Sequence record: SRR20825006_1547 | DNA: 55,558 bases | Direction: 5' to 3' (one strand) | Shown here: positions 9,185 to 18,994 of the stretch, one piece after another | Layout: each line of letters opens with the position of its first letter | Position numbering within the stretch: the first letter of the stretch is position 1 | The notes under the pieces: generated by a model | The model's database searches: none | Seen by the model: only the letters and a program-made list of their open reading frames with translations | Told to the model about the DNA's origin: nothing | Translations under genes and position numbers: made by a program

Positions 9185-12100
9185 TTATTCCGTTAAATCT
9201 GTTAATTTTTCTTCTTCTTCCAATCGTATCAATGCCTGACGGTATTCTTCTGGCAATACTTTAATAAACTTAGGCAAGTATGCATCCCAGTTCTCAAGAA
9301 TACGCTGTGCCAAAGCACTTTGCGTATAATTGTAATGATTGGTAATCAATTCTTTTAATTGTTGTTTATCATTTTCTTCGGTAATTGGATCTAAGTTAAG
9401 ATCTGCAGCATTACACTTAGATTTGAACTTTTGATCCTCATCTAAAACGTAAGCGATACCGCCACTCATACCGGCACCAAAATTACGTCCTGTTTTACCA
9501 AGGATTACAGCAACACCACCGGTCATATATTCACAACCGTGATCTCCTATACCTTCTACAACTGCGGTAGCGCCACTATTACGCACACAGAAACGCTCTC
9601 CGGCTACACCATTAAAATATGCTTCTCCACTAGTTGCTCCATAAAGAGCTACGTTACCAATGATGATATTCTCATTAGCTTCAAAAGTAGCCTCCTCAGG
9701 AACTTTTATAATTAGTCGAGCTCCAGAAAGTCCTTTACCTACATAATCATTAGCGTTACCATCTATTTTAAGAGTAAGACCTTTTGTAGCGAAAGCACCA
9801 AAACTCTGACCAGCCGAACCTTTAAAGTTCACCTTCAAGGTATTATCAGGTAAGCCTTGCTCACCATAAATCTTAGAAATTTCATTACTTAAAATCGCAC
9901 CAACAGCACGGTTTAAGTTATTAATTTCAAGATCTAGCGTTGTTTTTTCCTTACGGAATAAGGCAGTATGTGCTAATTCTATAATCTCAAAATCAATAGA
10001 TTTCTCTAAATGATGATTTTGTGATTCGGTATTGTAAATCTTCACTCCTTCAGGTACTTGAATGTTATGTAGAATTGGTGAAAGATCTATACCTGCAGCT
10101 TTATAATGTTCAATTGCTTTGTTTCGGTCTAACTTATGTGCTTGACCAACCATTTCATCAACAGTCCTGAATCCTAGTTGAGCCATAATCTCTCTCAACT
10201 CTTCGGCAATAAAGTACATAAAGTTAACCACGTGTTCTGGTTGTCCTTTGAACTTCTTACGTAATTCAGGATTCTGCGTTGCAATCCCTACAGGACAGGT
10301 ATTAAGATGACATACGCGCATCATAATACAACCTGAAGCCACTAACGGTGCCGTTGCAAATCCAAATTCTTCGGCACCTAATAGACAAGCGACAGCAACA
10401 TCGCGTCCTGTTTTAAGCTGACCGTCACATTCTAAACGTATACGACTACGCAGGTTATTAAGCACAAGAGTTTGCTGCGCTTCGGCAATTCCTAATTCCC
10501 ACGGTAAACCGGCGTGACGTAAAGAAGTAAGCGGTGATGCACCGGTACCTCCATCGTAGCCTGAAACTAGAATGACATCAGCCATTGCTTTAGCAACCCC
10601 TGCAGCTACGGTACCTACACCTACTTCTGAAACAAGTTTGACGTTTACACGTGCTTCCCGGTTTGCAGATTTCAGATCATAGATCAACTGCGCTAAATCT
10701 TCAATCGAATAGATATCGTGATGCGGTGGTGGAGAAATCAACCCTACATAAGGAGTACTCTTACGGGTTTTAGCAATGAATTTATTTACTTTCTCTCCTG
10801 GCAATTGACCGCCTTCTCCGGGTTTTGCACCCTGAGCCATTTTTATCTGAATTTCTTTTGCGCTGGTAAGGTAGTTACTCGTAACACCAAAACGTCCTGA
10901 AGCTACCTGTTTAATGGCAGAGTTTCTCCAATCACCATTAGGGCTTTTATAAAAACGCTCAGCGTCTTCTCCTCCTTCTCCACTATTACTTTTACCGCCA
11001 ATACGGTTCATTGCAACAGCGAGATTTTCGTGCGCCTCCTTACTGATCGAACCGTACGACATTGCTCCCGTTTTAAAACGCTTTACAATTTCGGTCCAAG
11101 GTTCTACTTCTTCAATAGGAATAGGGTCATAATTTGAAAATTCAAAAAGACCACGAATAGTCATTAACTTTTTTGACTGCTCATTAATAAGCTTAGAATA
11201 TTCTTTATAAGTTGAAGGATTATTGCGTCTTACAGCTTCCTGAAGTTTTGCAATGGTCAACGGATTGAACATATGGCGCTCGCCATTACGTCTCCAGCGA
11301 TACTCCCCACCTGCTTCGATCTCCAGATTACCTGAAATATGCTTACTTCCAAAACTACGGGTATGACGTTTAGCAATCTCTTGCTCAACTTCATAAAGCC
11401 CTATACCTTCAATTCTACTTGGCGTATTTGGGAAATATTTTGAAATCAACTTGGAGTTTAAGCCTAAAGCTTCAAATAAACGAGAACCTCGATATGAGTT
11501 AAGCGTAGAGATTCCAATTTTATTCATCACTTTAATCACTCCTTTACCTATCGCTTTGTTGTAATTTTCTACTGCTGAAGTAAAGTCAATATCTCCCAGA
11601 TTACCTGCTTCGATTTCCTTCTGAATGATCTCATTAACCATATATGGGTTAATCGCACTGGCTCCGTAACCAAATAATAATGCAAAGTGATGCACTTCAC
11701 GTGGTTCTGCCGACTCAACAATGATACTCATCTTAGAGCGCTGACCGCTTCTAAATAATCCACTGTTCAAGTACGAGCACGCTAAAAGTGCAGGAATTGG
11801 TGCCATCTCATCATTAACCCCTCTATCTGAAAGAATCAAAATGGTATGCCCATCATCAATTCCTTTTGAAGCTTTAGCAACCATTTCATCTAAAGCATCT
11901 TCAAGACCATTTAATCCACGTTTAGCTTCATAAAGCATCGGGATAGAAGTGACTTTAAAGTCTGGATTGTCAAAGTTTTTAATCTTATCAAGATCCTCTT
12001 TAGATATAACCGGATTTTGGATTCTGATTTTCTTACAATAATCAGGCGTGATTTCCATAAGGTTGGTATCAGGACCTAGTGTAAGACTTAAATCAGTAAT

Positions 12101-13693
12101 AAGTTCTTCTCGAATACCATCGAGAGGCGGGTTAGTTACTTGTGCAAATAATTGCTTAAAATAGTTATATATAAGTTGTGGACGATCTGATAATACCGCT
12201 AGCGGGGTATCTGAACCCATAGATCCTATAGGCTCTTTACCTTTAGTAGCCATAGGTACAATTATCGTATTGATATCTTCTTTAGTATAACCAAAAGCAT
12301 TTTTACGCAGACCAAAATCAGTATCTTCTAATTTAAAGTCAACATCACGGTAAGGTATATCTTTAAGATGTACACGATTTTTAGTTAACCATTCTTGATA
12401 TGGTTTTTGCGTAACGATGCTTTCTTTAACTTCTTCATCATTAACAATGCGACCGGCTTTCATATCAACTAAAAACATTTTCCCTGGCTCTAATCTACCG
12501 TGGAATGCAACGTTTTTAGGCTCAATATTTAAAACCCCGGTTTCAGAAGACATTATTACATCACCAGTTTTGGTCACGGTATAACGCGATGGTCTTAATC
12601 CGTTACGATCCAATACAGCACCTATGTAATCCCCATCTGTAAAAGGAATAGAAGCAGGACCATCCCACGGTTCCATGATACAGCTATTAAACTCATAGAA
12701 CGCTTTTTTCTCAGGTGTCATATCTTGATGCTTTTCCCAAGCTTCCGGTACCAGCATCATCATAATTTCCGGTAAAGATCTACCTGACATCAAGAGAAGT
12801 TCAACAACCATATCCATCGAAGCTGAATCTGATTTCCCCGGAAGAATAATTGGGAACAACTCTTTAATCTCTTCCCCAAACCAGTCACTCTTAAGAAGCT
12901 CTTCTCTACTACGCATACGCGAAACATTACCGCGCAGGGTATTGATCTCTCCGTTATGACACATATATCTAAACGGCTGTGCCAAATCCCAAGTTGGAAA
13001 TGTATTTGTTGAGAATCGCTGATGTACTAAAGCAAGTCTTGTAGTCAACTTAGGATCTAAAAGATCAACGTAATAGTACTTAATATCCTCAGGCATCAAA
13101 AGCCCTTTAAATATTAAGGTCTTATTAGATAGACTAGGCAGGTAAAAGTAAGTGCGTTCTGAAAGCTTACTATTTAATATAGTATGCTCTGTAATTTTTC
13201 TTGCAGAATAAAGTTTGATCATAAACTCTTGCTCCTGCATTTCATCATTGGGCTTACCAATAAAAATTTGCTCTATGTGAGGTTCTACGCTTGCCGCGAT
13301 CGCACCAAGATAACCGGTATCTACCGGTACGCGTCTCCAGCCTAAAAGCTTAAGCCCTTTAGCCTCGATTTGCTCTTCAAAAATCTTCTTACAATATGCT
13401 CGTTGATTTTCCTTTTGAGGAAGAAACACATTACCCATTGCATACGCTCGCGCTTCGGGAAGATCAAAGTCACAATTCTCTTTAAAGAAATCATAAGGTA
13501 TATCTATAAGTATACCTGCACCGTCTCCCGTTTTTCCGTCACTACTAACCGCTCCTCTGTGTTCTAGTTTTTCAAGAATTTCTAGCGCCTTATGAATAAT
13601 TCCATTAGACTGTTTTCCTTCAAGACTACAAATGAACCCAGCACCGCAATTTTCATGCTCCCATTCTGGTGAATATAATCCTTGTTTTTCCAT
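9185..13693 (-). CDS. gltB: glutamate synthase large subunit
   Basis: ENCGAGF N-terminal Cys, HQRFSTNT, AQGAKPGEGGQLPG, CIMMRVCHLNTC; start set at MEKQGLY (13693). Confidence 0.98.
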   Translation of the reverse strand: MEKQGLYSPEWEHENCGAGFICSLEGKQSNGIIHKALEILEKLEHRGAVSSDGKTGDGAGILIDIPYDFFKENCDFDLPEARAYAMGNVFLPQKENQRAYCKKIFEEQIEAKGLKLLGWRRVPVDTGYLGAIAASVEPHIEQIFIGKPNDEMQEQEFMIKLYSARKITEHTILNSKLSERTYFYLPSLSNKTLIFKGLLMPEDIKYYYVDLLDPKLTTRLALVHQRFSTNTFPTWDLAQPFRYMCHNGEINTLRGNVSRMRSREELLKSDWFGEEIKELFPIILPGKSDSASMDMVVELLLMSGRSLPEIMMMLVPEAWEKHQDMTPEKKAFYEFNSCIMEPWDGPASIPFTDGDYIGAVLDRNGLRPSRYTVTKTGDVIMSSETGVLNIEPKNVAFHGRLEPGKMFLVDMKAGRIVNDEEVKESIVTQKPYQEWLTKNRVHLKDIPYRDVDFKLEDTDFGLRKNAFGYTKEDINTIIVPMATKGKEPIGSMGSDTPLAVLSDRPQLIYNYFKQLFAQVTNPPLDGIREELITDLSLTLGPDTNLMEITPDYCKKIRIQNPVISKEDLDKIKNFDNPDFKVTSIPMLYEAKRGLNGLEDALDEMVAKASKGIDDGHTILILSDRGVNDEMAPIPALLACSYLNSGLFRSGQRSKMSIIVESAEPREVHHFALLFGYGASAINPYMVNEIIQKEIEAGNLGDIDFTSAVENYNKAIGKGVIKVMNKIGISTLNSYRGSRLFEALGLNSKLISKYFPNTPSRIEGIGLYEVEQEIAKRHTRSFGSKHISGNLEIEAGGEYRWRRNGERHMFNPLTIAKLQEAVRRNNPSTYKEYSKLINEQSKKLMTIRGLFEFSNYDPIPIEEVEPWTEIVKRFKTGAMSYGSISKEAHENLAVAMNRIGGKSNSGEGGEDAERFYKSPNGDWRNSAIKQVASGRFGVTSNYLTSAKEIQIKMAQGAKPGEGGQLPGEKVNKFIAKTRKSTPYVGLISPPPHHDIYSIEDLAQLIYDLKSANREARVNVKLVSEVGVGTVAAGVAKAMADVILVSGYDGGTGASPLTSLRHAGLPWELGIAEAQQTLVLNNLRSRIRLECDGQLKTGRDVAVACLLGAEEFGFATAPLVASGCIMMRVCHLNTCPVGIATQNPELRKKFKGQPEHVVNFMYFIAEELREIMAQLGFRTVDEMVGQAHKLDRNKAIEHYKAAGIDLSPILHNIQVPEGVKIYNTESQNHHLEKSIDFEIIELAHTALFRKEKTTLDLEINNLNRAVGAILSNEISKIYGEQGLPDNTLKVNFKGSAGQSFGAFATKGLTLKIDGNANDYVGKGLSGARLIIKVPEEATFEANENIIIGNVALYGATSGEAYFNGVAGERFCVRNSGATAVVEGIGDHGCEYMTGGVAVILGKTGRNFGAGMSGGIAYVLDEDQKFKSKCNAADLNLDPITEENDKQQLKELITNHYNYTQSALAQRILENWDAYLPKFIKVLPEEYRQALIRLEEEEKLTDLTE

Positions 13694-14041
13694 AAAATTT
13701 TTGCTCAATATTAAAGACAGAATGATAAAGCTATTCAATAAACTGAAATGCCAATAATTTTAAAGAATAAGATTTTTATTATTTCGTAATTGTCAAAAAA
13801 AGGTCTTTTAAATAAAAAGTAATTAATAAAACAGAGGTCTTTTTATAGAAAATGAAATGCATTTTTGCCCAAAAACGGCTATTTCGGCAAATTCTAAAAA
13901 TGCTATAAATCTTAAGCGAATGTTAACAATTGGCGTTTTTGATACTTTTTTACCCTAAAAATTACCATAAATTAACAAAAACAGCACATTCTCCATAATT
14001 AAATTCACAATTTAAAACTTCCGAAATCGCTTTCGGATAGC

Positions 14042-14116
14042 ATACCCTAAAAATTTAGGGGGTATATTTACAAAAACAATAAAAATTTTCACTTACCCCC
14101 TATTTTTTTGGGGGTG
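14042..14116. promoter_or_regulatory. pair of imperfect ACCC-N12/13-GGGT palindromes (candidate operators)
   Basis: ATACCCTAAAAATTTAGGGGGTAT (14042-14065) and TACCCCCTATTTTTTTGGGGGT (14094-14115) in an otherwise AT-rich intergenic region. Confidence 0.55.
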
Positions 14117-14165
14117 GTTTTAAATAATACCTAGTTTAGCAGCTCACCAATTAATCAATTTAAAA

Positions 14166-15284
14166 ATGAAAAAATTAATTTTACCTGTAATGCTATGCTT
14201 AGGTCTTTCAGCCTTTGCTCAAGAAGAAGAAACCTCTTGGACTGACGGATTCTCACTTTCAGGATCTATCGATGCGTATTTTAGACAGAATATTACTACG
14301 CTTAATAAGGTTACAGATGAAGGCTATCCTGCACCGGGTTCGTCATTTGCTAATCAGCCAGGATTTGCTTTAGGTATGGCAAACGCAGTTTTAAGCTATG
14401 AAAAAGGAAGTGTAGGAGCTGTGGCAGATCTTGTTTATGGCCCACGTGGTACAGATGCTGTTTTTGGTTCTACTACTGCAAGTTCAAGCATCGTGAACCA
14501 ATTGTATGTGTATTGGAATGTGAGCGAAAGTGTTACTTTAACCTTTGGTAACTGGAACACCTTTTTAGGATACGAAGTTATTTCGCCTGCAGCGAACTTC
14601 AACTATTCTACTTCTTACATGTTCTCTTATGGACCATTCTCTCACTCTGGTTTAAAAGCAGACTTTGCCCTTGATGATAACTGGAGCGCAATGCTTGCAG
14701 TAATGAACCCAACTGATTGGACAGATTTTAATCCAGCAGGAAGCTACACTTTTGGAGGTCAGTTAGGATACTCTACAGACAGTGGTAGTACTTTCTTAAA
14801 CTTAATTTATGGAGATCAAGATGGAGATTACACGGACCAAGGAATGGGAGAAGGAGCCGGCTCTACTTTTCAAGTTGACCTTACCACTGGTTATGACTTA
14901 AGTGACTCTTTCTATTTAGGCTTAAACGCTACTTATAACACTACAGATGCTGGTGATATGGGCGGTGATGATTACGGATTTTACGGTGTAGCTCTTTATG
15001 CTCAAGCTGCTTTAAGCGATTCTTTCTCTTTAGGATTACGTCCTGAATATTTTAGTGAGTTTGCTGGCGGTGCAGGTGCAATAGGTGGCTACGATGCTGC
15101 AGGAGATGCAAATGTATTTGCGGTAACCCTATCTGGTAATGCAAAAGTTGGTCCTTTAACTTTTATTCCCGAATTTAGATTAGATTCTGCAAGTGAAGAT
15201 GTATTTCTTGACTCGTATGACGGGACACCTACTTATACAGGTAGCTTAGGTTCTTTCTTACTTGCAGCCGTATATTCATTTTAA
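14166..15284 (+). CDS. outer-membrane beta-barrel porin (BBP2/OmpL-like), ammonium-transporter associated
   Basis: AFAQ signal peptide, GYEVISP..NFNYSTSY motif, C-terminal VYSF. Confidence 0.8.
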   Translation: MKKLILPVMLCLGLSAFAQEEETSWTDGFSLSGSIDAYFRQNITTLNKVTDEGYPAPGSSFANQPGFALGMANAVLSYEKGSVGAVADLVYGPRGTDAVFGSTTASSSIVNQLYVYWNVSESVTLTFGNWNTFLGYEVISPAANFNYSTSYMFSYGPFSHSGLKADFALDDNWSAMLAVMNPTDWTDFNPAGSYTFGGQLGYSTDSGSTFLNLIYGDQDGDYTDQGMGEGAGSTFQVDLTTGYDLSDSFYLGLNATYNTTDAGDMGGDDYGFYGVALYAQAALSDSFSLGLRPEYFSEFAGGAGAIGGYDAAGDANVFAVTLSGNAKVGPLTFIPEFRLDSASEDVFLDSYDGTPTYTGSLGSFLLAAVYSF

Positions 15285-15303
15285 CCTAAACTAAATTTTT
15301 ACA

Positions 15304-15642
15304 ATGAAAAAAATTGAAGCAATTATTAGAAAATCTAAATTTTCAGCTGTTAAAAAAGCGCTACACGAAAAAGGAGTGAACTTCTTTTCTTACTGGGACG
15401 TAACCGGTCTTGGGAACGAGAAAGAAGGTCATGTTTATCGCGGTGTTTCTTATAGCACAAGTGATATTCAACGTAGATACCTTTCTATAGTTGTAAATGA
15501 TGATTTTGAACAAGCCGCTATTGCTGCCATTTTAGATGCTGCCGCAACCGGTGAAGTAGGTGACGGTAAAATATTTGTTTCTGATGTTAAAGATGCATAC
15601 CGCATTAGAACAGGAAAGAAAGGACCAGATACTTTAAACTAA
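15304..15642 (+). CDS. glnK: PII nitrogen regulatory protein (GlnK-like, amt-linked)
   Basis: MKKIEAIIR, YRG..Y T-loop, TGEVGDGKIFV, RIRTG. Confidence 0.9.
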   Translation: MKKIEAIIRKSKFSAVKKALHEKGVNFFSYWDVTGLGNEKEGHVYRGVSYSTSDIQRRYLSIVVNDDFEQAAIAAILDAAATGEVGDGKIFVSDVKDAYRIRTGKKGPDTLN

Positions 15643-15666
15643 AACTAATCAAACTAAATAAATCAA

Positions 15667-16956
15667 ATGAATTTTATGGCTAATATGTTATTACAAGAAC
15701 CGGCTGATGCAGTACAAGCTGCTGTTGACGCAGTTAATGCAGATCTAGGTATTCTCTGGATCATCATCGCTGCCATTTTAGTATTCTTTATGCAAGCGGG
15801 CTTTACCTTAGTAGAAACCGGATTTACAAGTGCTAAAAATGCAGGTAACATTATTATGAAGAACTTTATGGACCTCGCAGTAGGCTCTTTAATGTTCTGG
15901 GTAGTGGGTTACTCTATTATGTATGGTGGCGAAACCATTTTAGGTGGTTTTATGAGAGACCCTTCAGACTTAGCTTTCTTTAGCGAAGATGACTGGCACA
16001 ACCTCTTTTTCCAAACTGTATTTTGTGCTACCGCAGCAACTATTGTTTCCGGGGCAGTTGCAGGACGTTTTAAGTTCTCTTCTTACCTTATCATTTCTGC
16101 GGTTTTAACCACATTTATCTATCCGGTATCTGGAAGCTGGTTATGGCCTTTTGATGATCAAGCTTGGTTAAACAATCTTGGATTTATTGATTTTGCCGGA
16201 TCTACAATTGTTCACGCTGTAGGTGGTTTTGCCGCTTTAGTTGCAGCTAAACTTGTAGGACCTAGAATTGGTAAGTATGGGCCTGACGGAAAAGTTAATG
16301 CAATCCCTGGACATAACCTTGTTTTAGGTGCATTAGGGGTATTTATCCTTTGGTTAGGATGGTTTGGCTTTAACGGTGGATCTCAGTTAGCCTTTGGTGG
16401 AGACGATTCTATTGCCGTAGGTAGCGTGATCATAAACACTAACCTTGCAGCAGCATTGGGTGGTATTGCAGCACTATTCTTTACTTGGATAAAATATGGT
16501 AAACCAGATATTTCTATGACTTTGAACGGAGCTTTAGCAGGTCTAGTAGGTATTACTGCAGGCTGTGGTAATGTAGACGCATTTGGCTCTGTAGCAATTG
16601 GACTTATCAGTGGTATCGTTGTGGTATTATCTATTGAATTCATCGATAAAAAACTTAAGATTGATGATCCAGTAGGTGCAATTTCTGTACACGGAGTATG
16701 CGGTTTCTTAGGAACTGTTCTAGTTGGTGTTTTTGCAACCGAAGGCGGCGTGCTTTACGGTGGTGGATTTGGCCAGCTAGGTGTTCAGTTCTTAGGTTCG
16801 ATCTCTATGATCGCTTGGGCAATTGTTGCTACCTTTATCGTATTGTTTATCGTTAAGAAAACAATTGGAATCCGCGTTTCTGAAAAAGAAGAGCTTGAAG
16901 GTCTTGATGCGCACGAGCACGGAACAACAGCTTACAACTTTGAAGTTGACGAATAA
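15667..16956 (+). CDS. amtB: ammonium transporter
   Basis: FMQAGF, DFAGSTIVH, GWFGFNGGS, DDPVGAISVHG (both pore His present). Confidence 0.95.
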   Translation: MNFMANMLLQEPADAVQAAVDAVNADLGILWIIIAAILVFFMQAGFTLVETGFTSAKNAGNIIMKNFMDLAVGSLMFWVVGYSIMYGGETILGGFMRDPSDLAFFSEDDWHNLFFQTVFCATAATIVSGAVAGRFKFSSYLIISAVLTTFIYPVSGSWLWPFDDQAWLNNLGFIDFAGSTIVHAVGGFAALVAAKLVGPRIGKYGPDGKVNAIPGHNLVLGALGVFILWLGWFGFNGGSQLAFGGDDSIAVGSVIINTNLAAALGGIAALFFTWIKYGKPDISMTLNGALAGLVGITAGCGNVDAFGSVAIGLISGIVVVLSIEFIDKKLKIDDPVGAISVHGVCGFLGTVLVGVFATEGGVLYGGGFGQLGVQFLGSISMIAWAIVATFIVLFIVKKTIGIRVSEKEELEGLDAHEHGTTAYNFEVDE

Positions 16957-16996
16957 TTTTAGACTTATAAGTTAAAACTCAAAACGCTATAATTTA

Positions 16997-17032
16997 TAAA
17001 CCCTCAGCGAATGCTGAGGGTTTATTTTTTTT
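16997..17032 (+). terminator. intrinsic terminator after amt
   Basis: TAAACCCTCAGC-GAAT-GCTGAGGGTTTA followed by poly-T. Confidence 0.9.
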
Positions 17033-17137
17033 AGACTATTGGGATATTTCGAAGCAACTTAGGAGATCTACGTCTCTAGCAAATTTTGAATGTCGACTTT
17101 CAAGACTTCTCCTTTTGATTAGTGCCGAAATACTATT

Positions 17138-17482
17138 CTATTTTAAAAACTGTATAGATATTGGGTAATATGTAGCTTCACCATTTGCAGCTTTGATCGC
17201 GTTAATTATCGGAAAAATTAGAACTAGTAAGCCTAAAGCAATAAAACCTAGAAGTCCCAAGCCAAATAGCAAGATCAAAGGAATACAGATTATACTATAT
17301 ATAAAAGTACTGATCTGAAAATTGAGAATTTGTTTCCCATGCTCGTCCATATTAAGCACTTTTTCCCGCTGCGTTAACCACAGCACTAGCGGCACAATAA
17401 AGCCTCCTATTCCGGTTACAAAATCTAATAATTGACTAAGGTGTGCAACTACCAGTAAATTCTTATCTTCTCTAAGCATCAT
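17138..17482 (-). CDS. DUF4870 family membrane protein
   Basis: AHLS, PLVLWL, HGKQILNFQIS, AIKAANG..YYP motifs. Confidence 0.85.
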   Translation of the reverse strand: MMLREDKNLLVVAHLSQLLDFVTGIGGFIVPLVLWLTQREKVLNMDEHGKQILNFQISTFIYSIICIPLILLFGLGLLGFIALGLLVLIFPIINAIKAANGEATYYPISIQFLK

Positions 17483-17509
17483 AATATGTTGATTTTTTGA
17501 TTGTTTACC

Positions 17510-17541
17510 TATTAGTACTCCAGTTTTGATAAATGTTACAG
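17510..17541 (-). promoter_or_regulatory. ECF-sigma-type promoter CTGTAACAT-N14-GTACTAATA
   Basis: Near-identical motif with identical spacing upstream of the ECF sigma gene (43644-43675). Confidence 0.6.
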
Positions 17542-17570
17542 TCGCCTATTTTAACTACTCTCTCAAAATA

Positions 17571-17585
17571 TGGCACGCTACTTGT
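17571..17585 (+). promoter_or_regulatory. sigma-54 (-24/-12) promoter-like motif
   Basis: TGGCAC-GCTAC-TTGT, one mismatch to TGGCAC-N5-TTGC. Confidence 0.55.
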
Positions 17586-17647
17586 ATTTAACTAAGCGTA
17601 CCATCCAAGAAATAGGTCAGAGTACAAACAATCTAAATCTAGAAATT

Positions 17648-18931
17648 ATGAAAAACTTAATTTACCTTTTTATTGGTCTGCTTGCAGGAGTGTCTTCTGC
17701 AACCGCAGCGACCTTGGATGATACCTCAATTAATAGATATTATGATGGCAGTCGCTACATATTTGTAGAAGGCGGTGTAGAATTTTCTATATATCCTGAT
17801 GGTGAATTTGATTTTGTTTTACCTCAAATCGCTCAAGGTGTAAATGTTAATGTAAATGCCGGTCCTGTAAATATTAGTTACAATTCAGGATACAACTATG
17901 ATCCTTATGTGCAATATGATGATTATGGAGCTGTAATTCAGATTGAAAATGTGCCTATTTACTATGATAACTGGGGTAGAATTATTCAAGCTGGTGACGT
18001 ATTTATAAATTATCAAAATAACAGAATCGTAAATGTAGGTGGCTTAAACGTTTTTTATCGTGGTAGTCGATTTTCACATGTAACGGGTTATATCAATGTA
18101 TACAATCGTAGATATGTATATCATCCATATCACAACTTCTTTTACAGACCATTTTTTGACAGATGTTTAGTATACACAACACCGTATAGAAGGTTTTATC
18201 GTCCTGTAAGATATGATTATGCGTACCACAGAAGTCACTATATGCAAGGATACCGCAATGGCTATAGAAATGCTTATCATGATTTCAAACGACCTCAAGG
18301 ACGTATTGCTCATAATAATGCAAGACGCGGCAGTTATAGTAAAGCCCGTGCACGAGTAAATACTGATAATAGATCTTATGCTTCAAGATCAAGCACATCT
18401 AGAGCTACTGCAGATAGCAGAACCTCTAGAAACGTTGCAAGCACAAGACAATCTCGAAGCTCAAATAATGCTATTATCAATAACAGGTCTAGCCGAAATT
18501 CTGATGCCAGAAGAGCTACGAATAATACAAATGCTCGTGTTACTCGTAATGTAAATACTGTATCTAGAAGCAGTAATGCTGATAGAAATACGATAAGAAC
18601 CCAAAGAACTAGTACTGCTACACGTAATAATGCTGTTCAAAGATCAAATCAACAGCGAACTATTGCTCAAAGAAGTACAAATAATCGTAATATTGCAAAG
18701 TCAAGAAACACAAGTAATCAGCGAAGCGTAGCACAACGCCCCAGCAATACGCAACGTGTTTCAAGAAACGTTCAAACACAGCGCACTGTAGCAAAGCGTT
18801 CAACCGCTCCTCAGCGCAGCGTTCAGCGTTCACAAAGCTCAAGAAGCAGCAATGCGGCAAGAGCATCAAATACTAGAAAAACAAGTTCTGCGAGAACATC
18901 TAGAAGTAGCTCTAGAGGTCGCGGAAACTAA
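17648..18931 (+). CDS. secreted protein with aromatic beta-rich N-domain and long Arg/Ser/Asn/Gln-rich disordered tail
   Basis: Signal peptide from MKNLIYL (17648); low-complexity C-terminal ~190 aa. Confidence 0.8.
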   Translation: MKNLIYLFIGLLAGVSSATAATLDDTSINRYYDGSRYIFVEGGVEFSIYPDGEFDFVLPQIAQGVNVNVNAGPVNISYNSGYNYDPYVQYDDYGAVIQIENVPIYYDNWGRIIQAGDVFINYQNNRIVNVGGLNVFYRGSRFSHVTGYINVYNRRYVYHPYHNFFYRPFFDRCLVYTTPYRRFYRPVRYDYAYHRSHYMQGYRNGYRNAYHDFKRPQGRIAHNNARRGSYSKARARVNTDNRSYASRSSTSRATADSRTSRNVASTRQSRSSNNAIINNRSSRNSDARRATNNTNARVTRNVNTVSRSSNADRNTIRTQRTSTATRNNAVQRSNQQRTIAQRSTNNRNIAKSRNTSNQRSVAQRPSNTQRVSRNVQTQRTVAKRSTAPQRSVQRSQSSRSSNAARASNTRKTSSARTSRSSSRGRGN

Positions 18932-18962
18932 ATAAAGATTTTTTGGTTGGTTAGTTGGAAGG

Positions 18963-18994
18963 TCCCGTATCTGATTTATTCAGATCGGGATTTT
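18963..18994. terminator. terminator hairpin between convergent genes
   Basis: TCCCG(T)ATCTGA-TTTAT-TCAGATCGGGA followed by TTTT; overlaps the flippase stop codon. Confidence 0.6.

Noticed and set aside
13694-13738. Longest-ORF start extensions (gltB 13738; also 17570, 24516, 24603, 40850, 44183)
   Set aside because: Extensions overlap promoter motifs or upstream genes, or add non-family-like residues; downstream ATGs give typical N-termini
17033-17137. Possible small repeat or ncRNA after the amt terminator
   Set aside because: Only weak stems, and no second copy noticed in the window
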